A DNA stretch of 57,287 bases, counting the filler, from Sphacelaria rigidula (Eukaryota), in the NCBI GenBank assembly GCA_964200075.2. It is 6 parts of 6 records of this genome, joined end to end, with 100 filler letters (N's around TTAATTAATTAA, not from the genome) between each part and the next. Parts side by side here need not be neighbours in the genome. Positions count along the whole stretch, not along the records: positions 19,131 to 28,595 come from CAXNAA020008437.1; positions 28,696 to 38,159 come from CAXNAA020008438.1; 4 more parts are not named here. One strand, 5' to 3'. This document shows positions 24,617-37,797 of this stretch, piece by piece. Every line of letters starts with the position of its first letter. The first letter of the stretch is position 1. A program made the position numbers and the translations under genes. The notes beneath the pieces were generated by a model. It ran no database searches and was not told the origin of the DNA. It saw only the letters and a program-made list of their open reading frames with translations.

Positions 24617-24907
24617 GAACAATATTTTCGTGAGTTTGAGATAAAAAAGATGATACAATTGAGAGTGAGAAGCGGTCAGTTAATGAATGAGTAGTTTCAG
24701 TGCCGAAATACCCCTCTACGAGACCCGACACGCCACTAAATCCCTTGATATCCGAAAGTAAGATATCGACGTGTAGCTGTAAGCACACGCCAGCGCTAGA
24801 TGAAAAGACAAGTACACACGGAATGAAAAAATGGTGAAGTTCTAGAGCGAATGATAAAACCCACTCTCAATCAACGGTATACCCTCAATCTCACGAAAGC
24901 GTTGTTC
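24617..24907. mobile_element. MITE-like element (family X, ~290 bp; TIR core TTTTCGTGAGATT)
   Basis: Inverted termini gaacaatattttcgtgagtttgag / ctcaatctcacgaaagcgttgttc. The interior matches 34349-34638 and the split copy at 21736-21762 + 22313-22430. Confidence 0.7.
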
Positions 24908-25122
24908 TTGACTGTTGTCAAAAGAGGGAAAACACTCTGATGCAGAATTACCGGTGGCGAGTGCAGCACCTGTACCACGACTGACCGCGCCACTCAATAG
25001 TGTAGAGTTTCGTGTAACCCTGAGCGTACTGCTTTACTGCTGTGCTGTGTGGCGTGCGATCCGTTGTGTGCTGCTACTCTTTTTCTGGTACATAAGAAGT
25101 AGTCCAAGACCACATTTTATGG

Positions 25123-25712
25123 CAGTCACCATTCTCAATTTTTTTCGAGCATCGGGGGAAAAAAATCGGGGAATACTTTTCATGGACATCGATTTGGACC
25201 AAATCGGGGTGTCACGATCTCAGAATGATTTCTCCCGATTCTCGAAAAAATCGGGGGAAATCGTTCCGAGATTATGACTGCCCCCGATTTGTTTGAGTTC
25301 ACGTACGTGCATCGACGTACAGTGGTGGGGTACGAGGCGTTTGATATTTCTCGTGACAACGCAGGGCGTGCCTGCCCGCGCTAGCTGCTGAGGCAGCTTC
25401 GCACAGGGTTTGACGAGTGAATAAAAAGTGTTGACGCCGTACTCTACGGCGATGGTAATATTTTATGCTGCACTGCGCTGTCATATGTGTCACTATAACG
25501 AACGGTACTGTACACTTTTTTTCTGTTGTCGCTGTACTGGCAGGGTTATGTATACGTAGCACTGCACCGCTGGACTTGTCTCGCGCACTGTTTGTTCACT
25601 GTTCTCGCAATACCGACTGTGCCATCGTGTATTACCACACGGCATATTCATGTAATGGTGGAGTGTCCAGCACTGTATTACCCTGGTATACCAAGGTACG
25701 ACACTGTACTCG
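25123..25712 (+). repeat. Dispersed non-coding repeat starting CAGTCACC, probably a non-autonomous DNA transposon; second copy inverted at ~39575-40096
   Basis: Colinear blocks with the reverse complement of 39575-40096, e.g. ggggtgtcacgat, ataacgaacgg, tcgcgcactgtt, ttctcgcaataccg. Confidence 0.7.
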
Positions 25713-26409
25713 GAGGATTTTTCACCGCCCGCCTGCTGCATGCACGGGTACGCAATACCACACAGATGCAGAAAATGATTGTGTATGGAATTGTTTCATA
25801 AATCTGTGATACTGTCCGTCTGTAACATGAAACGGTCCCCCCGATTTTTTCAAAATACAGAGTGTTGGGTATACCCTATTATACCCGATCTGTCCTCGCA
25901 ATCCACCCTAAAATTGGGTAGAGTATTGGAGGCTGCACCCAATATACCCAAACCTTGGGGTAGAGTAAATACCCATGTATTTTACCCGAGTATTCATCGC
26001 ACTCCATTTTTCAGATACCACCCCTTCCCCCGACTGCCCATATTGGGGTGGGCATAAGTCCGCCTGTAATCCTAGACCACCATCCAAAGATAATCCAACG
26101 ACGGCGGAGACACGAACCCGAGCCTCGTATCGACGGGGAGACTAAATGAGGAAGATAAGCGGCACCACGATCACGAGAGTGGCATGTGCTTCGTTTCGGA
26201 ACAACTCAACAGCGGCATGCAGCTAAACGCTCTAGCACCGGTCTGGACACCGGGGCTATGCAGCAGCGGAGAGCGCAGTGGGGACAGCCTAGACAGGAAT
26301 GGGGGGCTGCACATCGCATGGGTACGCACAACAGGAGCGAGGAGGGAGTAGAGTCGGACAGAGCAGGAGAGTTGCACCTGCCTATGATACAAGACAAGTC
26401 CAAAACGCG

Positions 26410-28595
26410 ATGAAAATAAAACAAACAAGAGCAGGAAAAAGAGGAGGAGGGGCCGGGCGAGGCGGAGGCTTGCTAGGAAAGCAGAGTCAAGTTGTTAAGG
26501 TAGCCACTTACACTGTCAGAACTCCAGCTGTGAAAAGGGCCAACGGATGGGGGCGAGACTACAGCGTCTTGCACGAGGCTGCGAGATTTAACATCTTGGT
26601 GGTAGGACTGCAGGAGATAAGGAGGGCGGGGCGAACAGGCTGTACAGCAGCAGGGTTCAGAGTCTTCTGCTGTGGGAGCGAGTCAGGTGGGCAACACGGT
26701 GTGGGAATAGCCGTGAAAGAGTCGATTTGCAATAACGCTACCTATACCACCGAGCACGTTGACGAGCGCCTCATGGCAATGCAGTTTGGAATATCGGGAA
26801 CGAGCGGAGCGATCAATTTCGTAGCTGCGTATGCACCAACTGAAGTCGCCAAGGACGAAACGAAACAAGCGTTCTGGGATGGTCTTGACGATCTCGTACA
26901 GCGGATCCCGTCAAAGGAACGTGTGCATGTATTGATGGACGCCAACGCGCGGGTGGGGGACAACGTAGGAGAGGACTCAAAGGACGAAGGGGTCCCAGGC
27001 GCCTATGGACGTGACGAGCTGAACGATAACGACAAACTTCTGCTAACTTTCGTAACCGACAACATACTAGCCATCACGACACCTTCTTCAGCATGCGCAA
27101 AGGCGGGATCTCGCACGCATACAACGGTGTTGCGGGGAATCGCACGAGCGACCTCAAGCGCAAAGACCACATCCTTACCCGGCAGGCACACCGAGATAGA
27201 GTGGCACGTGACCGAGAGGTTTCTACATAACCTCGCCGAAGAAAAAATACCAGCCAATCACTACCGCACCGGCGGCCGCAAAGGAGTTGACCGAAGCTAT
27301 CCTCGAAGCAGCGCAGACAGTACTCCCGGAAGAGACACGGATACCACGTATGCCGGAATGGTGTGAAAACCCAGGCACGAGAGCAGAGTGGAGGCAGCGC
27401 TCCCCAAACGATGGGAGGCACGCCGATTGATGAAGCATCACCGGACCCCAGCATCGTGGAAAGCACTCAGAGCCGCGTGTAAGAACGTGCGTACAGCAAT
27501 AGATGACGGCATCCATGCACACCTGGAGAGGTATGTGGTGAGGCTAGAAGCGATCTACAAGGATCGCGATATGAGAGGCCTGTACAAACACCTCAACAGA
27601 TCGGTGGCTCTTGGTGGGAGGCAATCCGGGGGGCAGCAGTTCACTAAGGACGAGAACGGCGTCCTACTGAGGAACAAAACTGCCATTCTTGAACGGTGGG
27701 CCAGATTCTTCCGCACCCTGCTCAACGCCAAATCACCCACGCTGAACCCAGCCATCATCGGGGAGGTGAAGCAGCGACCGGCAGCGTCAACCACCGGGGA
27801 TTCAGTACCGCTTGGGGCAGCACCAACACTGGAGGAGGCCAGACGAGCAGTCCGGGGGATGCACAACTGGAAAGCGCCAGCACACGACTCCCTTCCTATG
27901 GAGCTACTCAAGATCGACGGCCGCGCTGAGCCTATCGTCCTCGAAAGCTTCCATACCATTTTCGTCGAGATGTGGAGCGGAGGGGAGGTCCCGCAGGAGT
28001 GGAAATATGCAACGATTAAGGTGCTGTACAAGAAATCGGACCGGTCCAACTGCAATAACCACAGGGGTATCGCACGCAGGGAAAGTGCTCCTGAAGATAG
28101 TGACCAACCGTCTCAGCGACTACTGCGAAACGCACGGGATATTACCGGAGGAACAGTGCGGCTTCCGACCTGACTGGTCCACTGTCGACATGCTGTTCGT
28201 AGTGCGCTGACTCCAGGAGCTGGGACGGCGGCGGAGAATACCGCTGTACATATGCTTCGTCGACCTCCAGAAAGCATATGACTCGGTCGACCGAGAGGTT
28301 CTATGGCAGGTACTGGCCCGAGCTGGTATTCCAGATGAGATGATAGCACTTATCCGCCAATTCCACGACGGTATGCAGGTCCGCATGCGCATGGACGACA
28401 GGGAGCTCTCGGAGTGGTCTGAAGTCACACAGGGACTGCGACAAGGATGTGTACGTTTTCCCTGCTGTTCAAGATCTTCTTTGCGGCAGTGCTCGAGATA
28501 GTCCTCGTGCGATTCAGCGAGGATGATATCATCATCAAGGACATGGTATACCTCGATGAGGAGACGGGGAGGGGGGGCGGAGACACCGCTGGAAC
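26410..28595 (+). mobile_element. Degenerate non-LTR retrotransposon (LINE, RTE-like): APE endonuclease plus reverse transcriptase, frameshifted and cut by the contig end
   Basis: APE motifs VATYTVRT, VGLQEIR, HGVGIAV, AYAPT, LMDANARVG, then TFF and DHIL after a frameshift near 27075. RT motifs [28 protein letters not shown], then after a frameshift near 28070 [35 protein letters not shown]. In-frame TGA at 28208-28210. The YADD motif would lie beyond the contig end. Confidence 0.92.
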
Positions 28596-28695
28596 NNNNN
28601 NNNNNNNNNNNNNNNNNNNNNNNNNNNNNNNNNNNNNNNTTAATTAATTAANNNNNNNNNNNNNNNNNNNNNNNNNNNNNNNNNNNNNNNNNNNN
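28596..28695. other. Artificial contig-joining spacer
   Basis: N44-TTAATTAATTAA-N44. Confidence 0.97.
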
Positions 28696-28744
28696 AGGAA
28701 GGGAGCGTACGAGCTGGTAGGGGCGGGTAAGGCGCACCCAGACG

Positions 28745-28797
<53 letters not shown>

Positions 28798-29544
28798 GTA
28801 GCCGAATGCTTTTATAAGATGCGCGTCCTGATCTGCTGTAAACTAGAGGTATATACACGCAAAGCATACAAAACTACCAAAATGATCACGGGGCGCTGAT
28901 GCAGGTCCTGGTTTTACGCCTGAGTCACAGAGAAATATGCACCATGTTTTCACGGAAATGGTGGCCAAATAAGTCATCTTTACCGAGAAGGGGGAAGGAA
29001 CTACCGTCAAATTCCGCGAAGGATATCGACAAGCGTGCGTGACTATCGCACCATACTGGCGACGAATTTTCAACATCATCCAATATCATGCACGATGGGG
29101 GCGAAGGGTACACGGCATCACCCGCCTCTACTCCACCAGGCCTACGAGCGGACACCATCAAGCGACGCAAGATGAATCGCTGCGCATCTTGTTTCTACCC
29201 CGCTTACATGTAGCTCATCGAAGAGTGGAGAACTTTTGCAGCAAACGCCAACGCAACGGTACATATATATATATATAAGTATACGTAACGTTGAACTTCC
29301 AGCCCCTCCCCTTCCCCGGGACGAGTCCGTGGTCTCAAGGGATCAACCCATCTCTCACCTGGGTACGGAATAATTGCGATGTAAAGGTCGTGTACTGTCA
29401 CGTGACTCGCGTAGCACACACTGATTCACTATGACGAAAAAAATGCAGATCTTATGGTTTCTCTTCTGCTTTGTCTTCCAAGCAATGCGTGTCTAGAGAA
29501 GGATTTGTGGGGAAAGGGCGGGAGGGGGGGGGGGGAGGCAGCAC

Positions 29545-32512
29545 CTCTGGATCTTCCAGTATCTTGGCCAACTGCTTGAGGTGGTTCGGTCGTAGCAGGT
29601 GTGCAATATCGACCATCGCCGTCGAGCATAGCAGCCTCAGCGCCTCCGGCTCTACCTGAGAACGACAGGCACGAGCGGAAGCAGTTAATCATTCTAGCCA
29701 AAGCCGGCGGATACAAACAAGGAGTGCCAGGTAAACTGAAACACGTCGTCTGCTGGTGACGAAGGGTTCAACTCTTCGTATCTTTTTCGAGATACATATC
29801 CTTGAATTTCAGGAAAGACAAAGGAGATGCTTCTACCCACCCGCATTACGCAAACTTTCGACACCCGGCCCGCAACGCTCGTTGACATGAACAACGGTGG
29901 CACCGGGTTTCGCCTGGGGTTGCGACAACCCGTCACGTCTACGATATTACCCATGATGCTGCAGCATCGACCACAACGATACCCTCTGCAAAATCCATGT
30001 TTCACTCGTAGCAGCAAGGGTGATCTGCAGTTGTACAGTCCGCACCTTCAAAAACTCGATCCCATCGGGCCCTTTCACAACGCTCACTCCATCGGCGGAA
30101 AGCTTGCGATACTGAGAAATAGCGGCGTAGCAAAAATAGGTAAAGGGAAGCGGCATGTTGCTGGTTCGCAGAGGTCACCGGAGGATGTGTGGCAGTTGTC
30201 ACCGTATGTCGGGGTGATGGAATCACTACGATATGTTGGGTAAACTCGATTCAATTTTGCAGCAGCAGGAGCAGCAGCACCTTCAATATCTGTATCGTGG
30301 TTTCATTTTACGAGTCTGGTGCCGTAATACTGCGCAGTCAGTAGTGCGCTATCAAGTAGCCTTCGGGTTTGCTGTGCGGGTTTCTGCTGGTTATTAACAC
30401 GTTGACGCGATCGCCGATAATTGTAGTCATAAATATTATATCGCTATAATATAATTAAGTAAATAATGAAATAATTGAAGATTGTTTGAGGATGGGTGGT
30501 TGGATGCTTGGATGGTTGGTTGGATTTCATTTTTTGGATAAGGAAAGGACAATATCGTTCCGGAGTTACAACGGGGCACTTGACACACAGGAACCAATCG
30601 CATGCTTTTCGTAACATGCATGCAGGGATTGGAAGTCGTAGTTGGGTGGCTGCTTTCATCTTCGGCATCCCAGTCTGCAACAGCCGTGCCGTATACAGTG
30701 AGTGCCCTTCATGACCGCAGGGGTGGCGCACCGTTGTCGCTTTAAATAGGGGAATCGTCTTCGACTACTTCGTAACATCACCGACCGGTTGCACGACTAT
30801 AAACACGCAGCACAGCACAGCACGGCACGGCACGGCACGGCACACTACAGTCGGCGCAGTCACTACACGGAACTTGACTTTCAACTCCCCGTCACAGTCT
30901 ACTACCGTAGAATGCGGTGCACACGACTCCTGGGTGATGACGTTTCGGAACCCGACGTGAATACCCCAGGTATGTAATCTAGGACGGAGTGACATACGAT
31001 GTAACCCAGTACACTAATGCAGGTACTGGTTTGGTGCCCAAAAGCAGCCGAAGATCATCGCCTTGCGATAATGTTGAGGGGCTTTCCACGTAGGGGTGAT
31101 ACAAATGGTGAAAAACCGTGCTGTTCACACGGTATCATGCGATTTCCATAGGTCTACTGCAGGTTAGTATGGATTATATCAAGTAGATGGAATATCATAC
31201 CGCGAATAGTTGATGTCTGACTCGTGCAGTGTAGCGAGTTAGTTTCCGAGTCCGAGTATGATCCCGTCGGCCGTTAATCCACGTTTTGAAGTTAGTCCTC
31301 GCTGCCAGGAGCGTCTGATGAAGAGGTTCTGTGTGCGGCAGGCCTCATGTGAATACGTTCATCCTAAACTAGTGTTGACACATGGCGTAAATACTGTGGT
31401 CCATTATCATCAATGATTGTGGCAGTTGCATTCATGGTGTGGTGAGGGGTCTGCCTCTACAACGCGTGGTGAGGGGTACCACACCAAGGAGATCCACGGT
31501 TCGTAACACTGCCATGTTCTCAGCCTCAAGAATCGACATCTTTCCGATTGCATGCAGAGTGATGTATTCAGGTATCTATCGTGGTCTACACTGCCGTTCA
31601 CCTACCGGTTGTGTACCCGGAACATACTACACCAAAATGTACTGTACTACTGCTGTGCGTGTGTGGACTGGAATGACGGTGTACAACACCCACCCCCCGT
31701 GCAAGACAATCGAGCGCAATGTTCTCCATCATCAACACTCTGCATTCTCGATTGATGTCGTGCACCAACAGCTCTTGAAGATATAGTTTTATCTAAACAA
31801 CTTCCGAGGGCGTGATCTGCGGCCCATCGAAGTAAATATTGAATAGCTCACGGCTGAAGAACTTCTCGCTCAGGGGGTGTTATACCTCGTCACATCGCCA
31901 TGGGTGCAACTTGCCGTTGTCGGGGAAACACGGCAGCTGCCGAATACGCATCCCGAGCAAAGTAGCACGTACTAGACACTATTCGAGTGCCAAGACTGAA
32001 CCAGTTCGTCAACCACATGGGCAGTTGCCGTCAATGCAGCAGCTGCAGTAGTGCGTAGATCCCCACAACAAAGGGAAAGCGATGCGTTTTGTTGGTGAGC
32101 ATGATCTGTACGGGCCTGTTGTTCTGTTTCTGTTTCTGTGCGGTACGGTGCATGTGCTGTGTGGCACCGCCTGTCGGTGGAATGTGCTACAACCTTGACC
32201 TAAACGGCCGTATTGCATTTGTTGGCATGCTCAAGTCCAGCTGTCTCGAAGTACCCCGAGTACACTAGCACAAGCCAACAAACTCACCGGTGTATCAAGC
32301 TTGGACTGAAACAACGGCTGATAGTCAAACCCAGTACCCCCGGCCGTTGCGGCGGCAAGTCCCCTTGTGCTGCCGTTACGTGAAACTTCTCGCATAGTGA
32401 AGGTACTACCAGCAGCAGCCCTGGCCAAGACGGAAGGAGTTCGCCGACTCTTTCGAACGAATGCATCCCATGCAATGTCCCTGGCGGCCTTATGCAACCG
32501 CAACGACGCCAT
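29545..32512 (-). CDS. Class I (Fe-S) fumarate hydratase, first three exons, with an N-terminal mitochondrial-type presequence; remainder not in this contig
   Basis: Exons 32512-32288, 30111-30046 and 29655-29545, all phase 0 with GT-AG. They splice to ...[73 protein letters not shown], matching the FumA/FumB N-terminus as recalled (FHYQ..F...DTEY..L....VS.......LKVAPEAL..L......LRP.H.......IL.DPE). The first ~60 aa are Arg/Ser/Ala-rich. Confidence 0.9.
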
Positions 32513-34280
32513 AGTGCAGAAAAGGAAGGGTATAGAGGTGTATGTGTGTGTGTCTGTGTGTGTGTGTTCGTCTCCTTGTCACAAGTCACAACGCGGCGCA
32601 ACCTCGGGCAATGACGGGGTATAACACCCCGTTGGTCATCATATCTTCAACGTCACTTTTTGCCCGAACGCAAGACCCTAAACGATGGATATTCTCATGC
32701 GAATATATATACATATCTAGATTTTTAAAAATTGCGAAGAGAGGTGACATAACCATGGTGGAATTTCGATTGACTCCTCTCGATAAAAATCGAGGATTGG
32801 AACTCCTCAAAATGTGCGGAGTTGGACATGAAAACTAGAGGCATTTTTTGCAACCGTCGATTTGGATTCACGGTTGATAGATGAGAATGACCATGCATAG
32901 ATCGTAGAGCTCCTGATATAAATGTTTCAGTAAGGTGTTGATGCGAGACTGGAGACTCCGCCAAGAACGCCCACTACGCTCTATTAGGTGAGATAGAGAG
33001 AAGATCCAAAATTGAGACAGTCGACAAAATGGCTGGGAATACGTAATACCCAAGAACCCGTCGGGACCCCGTGATAACCCCTTTGTTGGTCCACACAGTA
33101 CAGTACATGTACCGTTGTCTACTCGAAGAGCGTTATTGTTACAATCGGCCGTACACAGTAGCTTGCCATTTTGACTGAGCCTCGTTTGAGTTGCCAATGC
33201 GACAATAGGCACCATTGTCATGCATATGTGCAGCTGCAGTACACTCATACCTCTGCGCAGCGCGCCAGGCACACCGCATACCGGCTGGTGTACCCACGTG
33301 GTACGTCTTTGCCCTTGCGCATCGTCCCAAGCAAAACATTCGAAAGGGGGCCTGTTGTCCCCTACATATCGCCTCGATAAGGTCAAGTGGTATATAGTAC
33401 CCCAAGTTTGATATGGGCACGGGCTAAGTTGGGATTTTTCTCGCGAATGCTCTTCGATAGGACTTGAATTTGCTAGCATCGATATATTTTGGTAAAATAT
33501 ACAGATCGTCTTCCCCCCCAGTGCTCAAGTTAGTGCTAGTCGATGCTATCGGGTGATACGAGTAGATGCCCCGTTTATCAGGAGGGTGTTATTGACCTTG
33601 AAACACAGTTATTCGACTCCAGTGCAACAAGTAGGTAGAATTTCAAGAAAGTAACCCTTCTTATGTCTCCACAAATACGATCGGAACAAGCTCGGTCGAC
33701 CGAAAATACCGGAGAGTCCGAATCTGGGCTGCAAAGTGGCAGGACCCCCGATGACCGGTCAGCCCGTGAGTCACTCAATATTGAGTACAGATGATATAGT
33801 TTTTTCTTGCAATGTCGAGCAGATACTAGTATCTTCAGGTCCCCGATGTGATGAGCGGTGGCAACCGAAATGACCTAAGAAAATCACCACTTACGAAGAA
33901 ATCGCCGAATTGTCCGCTTTGAATACGGGGTACTGTAGCAGAAACAACTTCCTTCGGACGGCCCCTCCATGCTTCCTGCATTTCCAACTGATCTTGTAGC
34001 GCACCGTGCTTTGAACGAGGTCATTCCTCGCCCGTATACACAATTTCAGAGCCAAGAGGTGGTGTCAGTACGATATGCAAATACTATACCTTGCCGTTTG
34101 CCCCTTTTTTCCGTTCATGCCAGTATTTTGATCTTGTCTCTTGACAACGGCAGAATCAAAGGTAGCGGTTGGGGAAATTTCAGGGGAAATTTCAAAGCAC
34201 GGAAGACTGTCTTGGACGCCATACAATACATTATACTCGTCTACGCGATTGTGGGCAAGAGACACAACATATATCATGCA

Positions 34281-34951
34281 GTGTGTGCGTGTTGTGTTGT
34301 CATCCCATCTATCCGGGACGACAGTCTACACCTTTCGTTGTATAAGCGTATTTTCGTAAGATTGAGAGTAGAGTACACGATCCAGAGGGAGAAGCGGTCT
34401 ATCAACGAATTAATAGTTTCAGTTCCGAAATGTCCCTACACGAGGCCCGATACGCTTTCTGTAGTAGCTTGCCACTGAAGCCCTTGATACCCCTGAGTAG
34501 GATATCGACGTGTAGCTGTAGCACACGCCAGTGTTGCAGGCAATGAAAACACACACAAAAAATGAAAAGTTGGTCATGTTAAAACGCGTGATAACATCCA
34601 CTCTTAATCAACGCTCTACTCTTAATCTCACGAAAACAGTGTTATTCATGGGTGATTCAACGGGGGTCACACAGGAGGAGGGCCAGCACACGTTTTTTTA
34701 TTTTATCTTTTATCTGTTTTTAATTCTCCACCTTCCTTCTGCGGTGCTTACCTTATTTTTTATCCCCAGAGGGATTCAGCGGTCCCTTCCCCTGGTCAAC
34801 CGTGAAGTCAAATTTTTGTTCTCACGATACAATCGATCTCCACTGTTGGGCATGGTGTGAGATAAAAATCCCAGATCGTGTGACTGCATCTAGTTGAATC
34901 CACGACCCACCCGTCGGATGGTTTCGAGGTTACCAACTGAGCCACCGGGGC
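34281..34951 (-). mobile_element. tRNA-headed SINE-like element carrying a family X MITE insertion
   Basis: Minus-strand head gccccggtggctcagttggtaac...gtggattcaact (A box, degenerate B box). Body 34661-34880 and tail 34281-34338 match the copy at 21763-22312. Confidence 0.7.
34349..34638. mobile_element. MITE-like element, family X
   Basis: TIRs tattttcgtaagattgagagtagag / ctctactcttaatctcacgaaaaca; the interior is homologous to 24617-24907. Confidence 0.75.
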
Positions 34952-35339
34952 GACTGGATTTTGCTGAATTTTTGGACAAACAGCAACGTCCTCGGTAAAG
35001 CACCCTGCTGTTCGTAACCTGCGAACCATACTGGCATAAACACGCACCAACTACAAAAAACACGCACTTTTTAGGCTGGCAATACTAAAAGGCCCGGTCT
35101 CATGAAGCGCACAGCACACAAAATTCTCTATGCCAGCCTACAAGCATCACCATACAGGTGACCGCCGCAGTATGAGAGTGCTTCGTAGAATGGGCAAATG
35201 CGTGGTCGATAGAGTGATACTTAGCGGTTAGTTTCGTTACTACTGATGAGCAAGACGTGAAAGGTTTCGTACTACGCTCACACGTGTGCTTGCCTTGTTC
35301 TCTGGAGCTGATATCGCCAGCTTCACGGTGTTTTGACAG

Positions 35340-37496
35340 AGTTCCTGCGCTCCAAGAACTGGGTACGGATCGTCGGGTGTCCCAAGACTATTGCAAGCGG
35401 TGGATGGGCATCTCGTGTCTTTCCTAGCGCCATGTCTGCGGTGCGGAAACCTCACCGTGACCAGGCGAGCGAAATCACATTTGTGCTACGTTGCAACCTC
35501 AACAGTACGTGTGGCCCCGATTGTGGTTTCGTCATTCTTTAACTCCTCTCTTTCCACGGGGCCAGGCCGTGGTCCCAAGGGATCAACCCATGTCTCGCCC
35601 AGTACAAGCCTTGCATCGTTTGTGGTTGCGGGTTGGATCAGTAGTGCTGCCTCGATTCTCGTCAAACTATTTTCGCTTCTGAAGTCCTCACTTTTCTGCG
35701 ACAGAAACCATATATATTTTCAGGAAAATATTTTCATTTCAATCTGCCGAAAAGCGAACCCGCGTCCCTTCGACCTCACGGTTTCAGTTGTCCCATGAGA
35801 CCACAGGAGTGCGGCATGAAATGTGTACTTTATAACGCCATTGTCCAGAGTTTTTGCTGCTGAAAATGAACCGGCCAGCGTTGCAGAATGTGGGGGTGTT
35901 GCAGGATTCATCACGTATCAAAATGTCGAGGTAGTTCTACCGTACATATACTAGCTAGTCTCAGGACACTACAGCAAGTGAAATGCACCTTGATAAGCCG
36001 TACTCTATGTAGGTACACGATCAGGGGGCACGTATCATTCGGCACGATTGCTGGATGATATATCGGTCGGCGTCTGGTGTTGTGAAGGTCCATACGGTGT
36101 CACCACGGACGCCAGCAGCTGGACCCGGCGCGGTGGGTGGCATGCACAAATCCAAGCTTGGGGCCAAAGGAGGCGAGCAATGGATGACAGGTGAGAACCC
36201 TATATAATTAATCCGAACATTTGGAACCGAAAGTATTGGCTTCTTGCCTATGTGTGCCATAGATACAGTACAGTGCTTTTGTGCATGCACCACCATGACT
36301 GGGCGCCATCTCGGAACATCACCAGGAGGCCTTTGCATGGTCGCAAGCCTTCAGATTCCGGCCCTGCACTTCCAGCCTCTCGTCGTGCTCTGTTATTCCG
36401 CTGCCTTGTGAACTCAACAGGACCTGGGGCTAGCGCCCGTAGCGACAAAGACCCTCTATTTGCCTTCAAACAAAGTGACGTCGACGTGTTTTCGCTGCCG
36501 AAGAGCGGGCTGAGAAGTACCCTGAGCGGCTACCGCGGGCTTTCCGGCGTGCGAAGGGCCAGGTACACTCGGAAGCCTATCATACGCCGAGGGTGTGCTT
36601 GGTACGACTGAATCGCACCAGGACTCTGCCCTCCAAGCGTTACTTAGGGTTGGTTCACTTAGCCTGTCTCATAGATGCCGTACGCTTTGCGCTGTACTCA
36701 GCTGTTCAAGCTAAGCAACACCAGCAAGACAGACACACAGAAGTGGATCAGTGTCGAATACCTCAAATCCGATCGAGCATGTTTGCACGCTCACGTTTTG
36801 ACACTTCAACCCACCCCCACACATACACCCCACGGCGATTAACGTCCTTTCCCAACATGGTCACGATAGGCGGTCAAAGGCAGCGGATGCGACAGATGCG
36901 ACAAACGCAGAAGGTCCAGATTCTCCGGCGCCCCCGACCCGACCGCATCCAAATTGCGACGTCGGTTCCATCGAGCCTGGACAAAGTGCCAAGGATGCTG
37001 GGAACGCGTTGGGCGTGGGTGGGCCCCCCAAAACAGTGATCTGTGGGGTGACAGCACTCGTGAAAGAAGCGTTAGCTCGCCCTGGGGCAGGTACGGCGAA
37101 TGCTCACGAACATATAGGGTGGGGCATGTGGAAGATGTCTGTGAGATGTTCTCAGCGAGTGTGAATTGTGGAAGAAATGGTACGAGGATTCGGTGATCGC
37201 TCTACGCCACGTTATCCGTTTTCGGTAGTGCAGGTGACGTGACCGACGTTGGTAATCAACGAAGCATTGCCGTGTCGCTCAAACAAGTGTACAAGCCTGA
37301 TATCGTACAGGATTGCCGTGTTCAGAATGTGGCTCGACTTGCTTCCCAGCGCACGCGAATAGCAAAAGGCCAGATTACACTCACGCCACGGTTCTTTGAT
37401 TGGTCGACAGATCGATCGTCGCCCAAACACTCATGCTACGAGTGCAGCTATGGTCATGAGATAGACCTGCCCAAACGGAAACATTCGCTGAAGTAA
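35340..37496 (+). CDS. Multi-exon gene of unknown function (basic, low-complexity protein); first exon uncertain
   Basis: Phase-consistent exons 36088-36190, 36421-36562, 36870-37090 and 37234-37496 (TAA) with strong donors (ag|gtgaga, ag|gtacac, ag|gtacgg). Probable upstream exon 35340-35464 or 35340-35504. No recognisable domain. Confidence 0.6.
35550..35816 (-). mobile_element. Second tRNA-headed SINE-like repeat, intronic; partial copy at ~29310-29370
   Basis: Minus strand reads gcactcctgtggtctcatgggac...gcgggttcgctttt (A/B-box-like). ccgtggtc.caagggatcaacccat.tctc is shared with 29327-29356. Confidence 0.45.
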
Positions 37497-37797
37497 ACTC
37501 GAGAGAAATATATATATATATATATATAAAATATGTAAAACAGGAGACGGAGAAACATACGTAGTTGTGCGAAAAACTGCAAGGGTTGGACGAATGAATG
37601 GTTCGTCTGGAAATTACTTGATTTTAGTGTAATTGATTCGTACTGTACGAATCAATCCTGACGCTTTGTTTTCAGCTTTGCAACCCAGGTACGCGCACAC
37701 CCCCCCTCACCTCCAGACTCTTGGGTTGGCGTCAAGTGGCAACGGCGCTGTAAAACAAGCCACCAAAACCTAGAAAAATGTACAGACTGTCACGAAT

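Noticed and set aside
25850..26400. Self-cleaving ribozyme (HDV-like or hammerhead) upstream of the LINE
   Set aside because: No complete HDV pseudoknot or CUGAUGA/CGAAA core with pairing stems could be built by eye.
19131..28595. Remaining exons of the fumarase or ARM-like gene between the two partial genes
   Set aside because: No class I fumarase motifs or continuing exons were found, and this segment is an unlinked contig.
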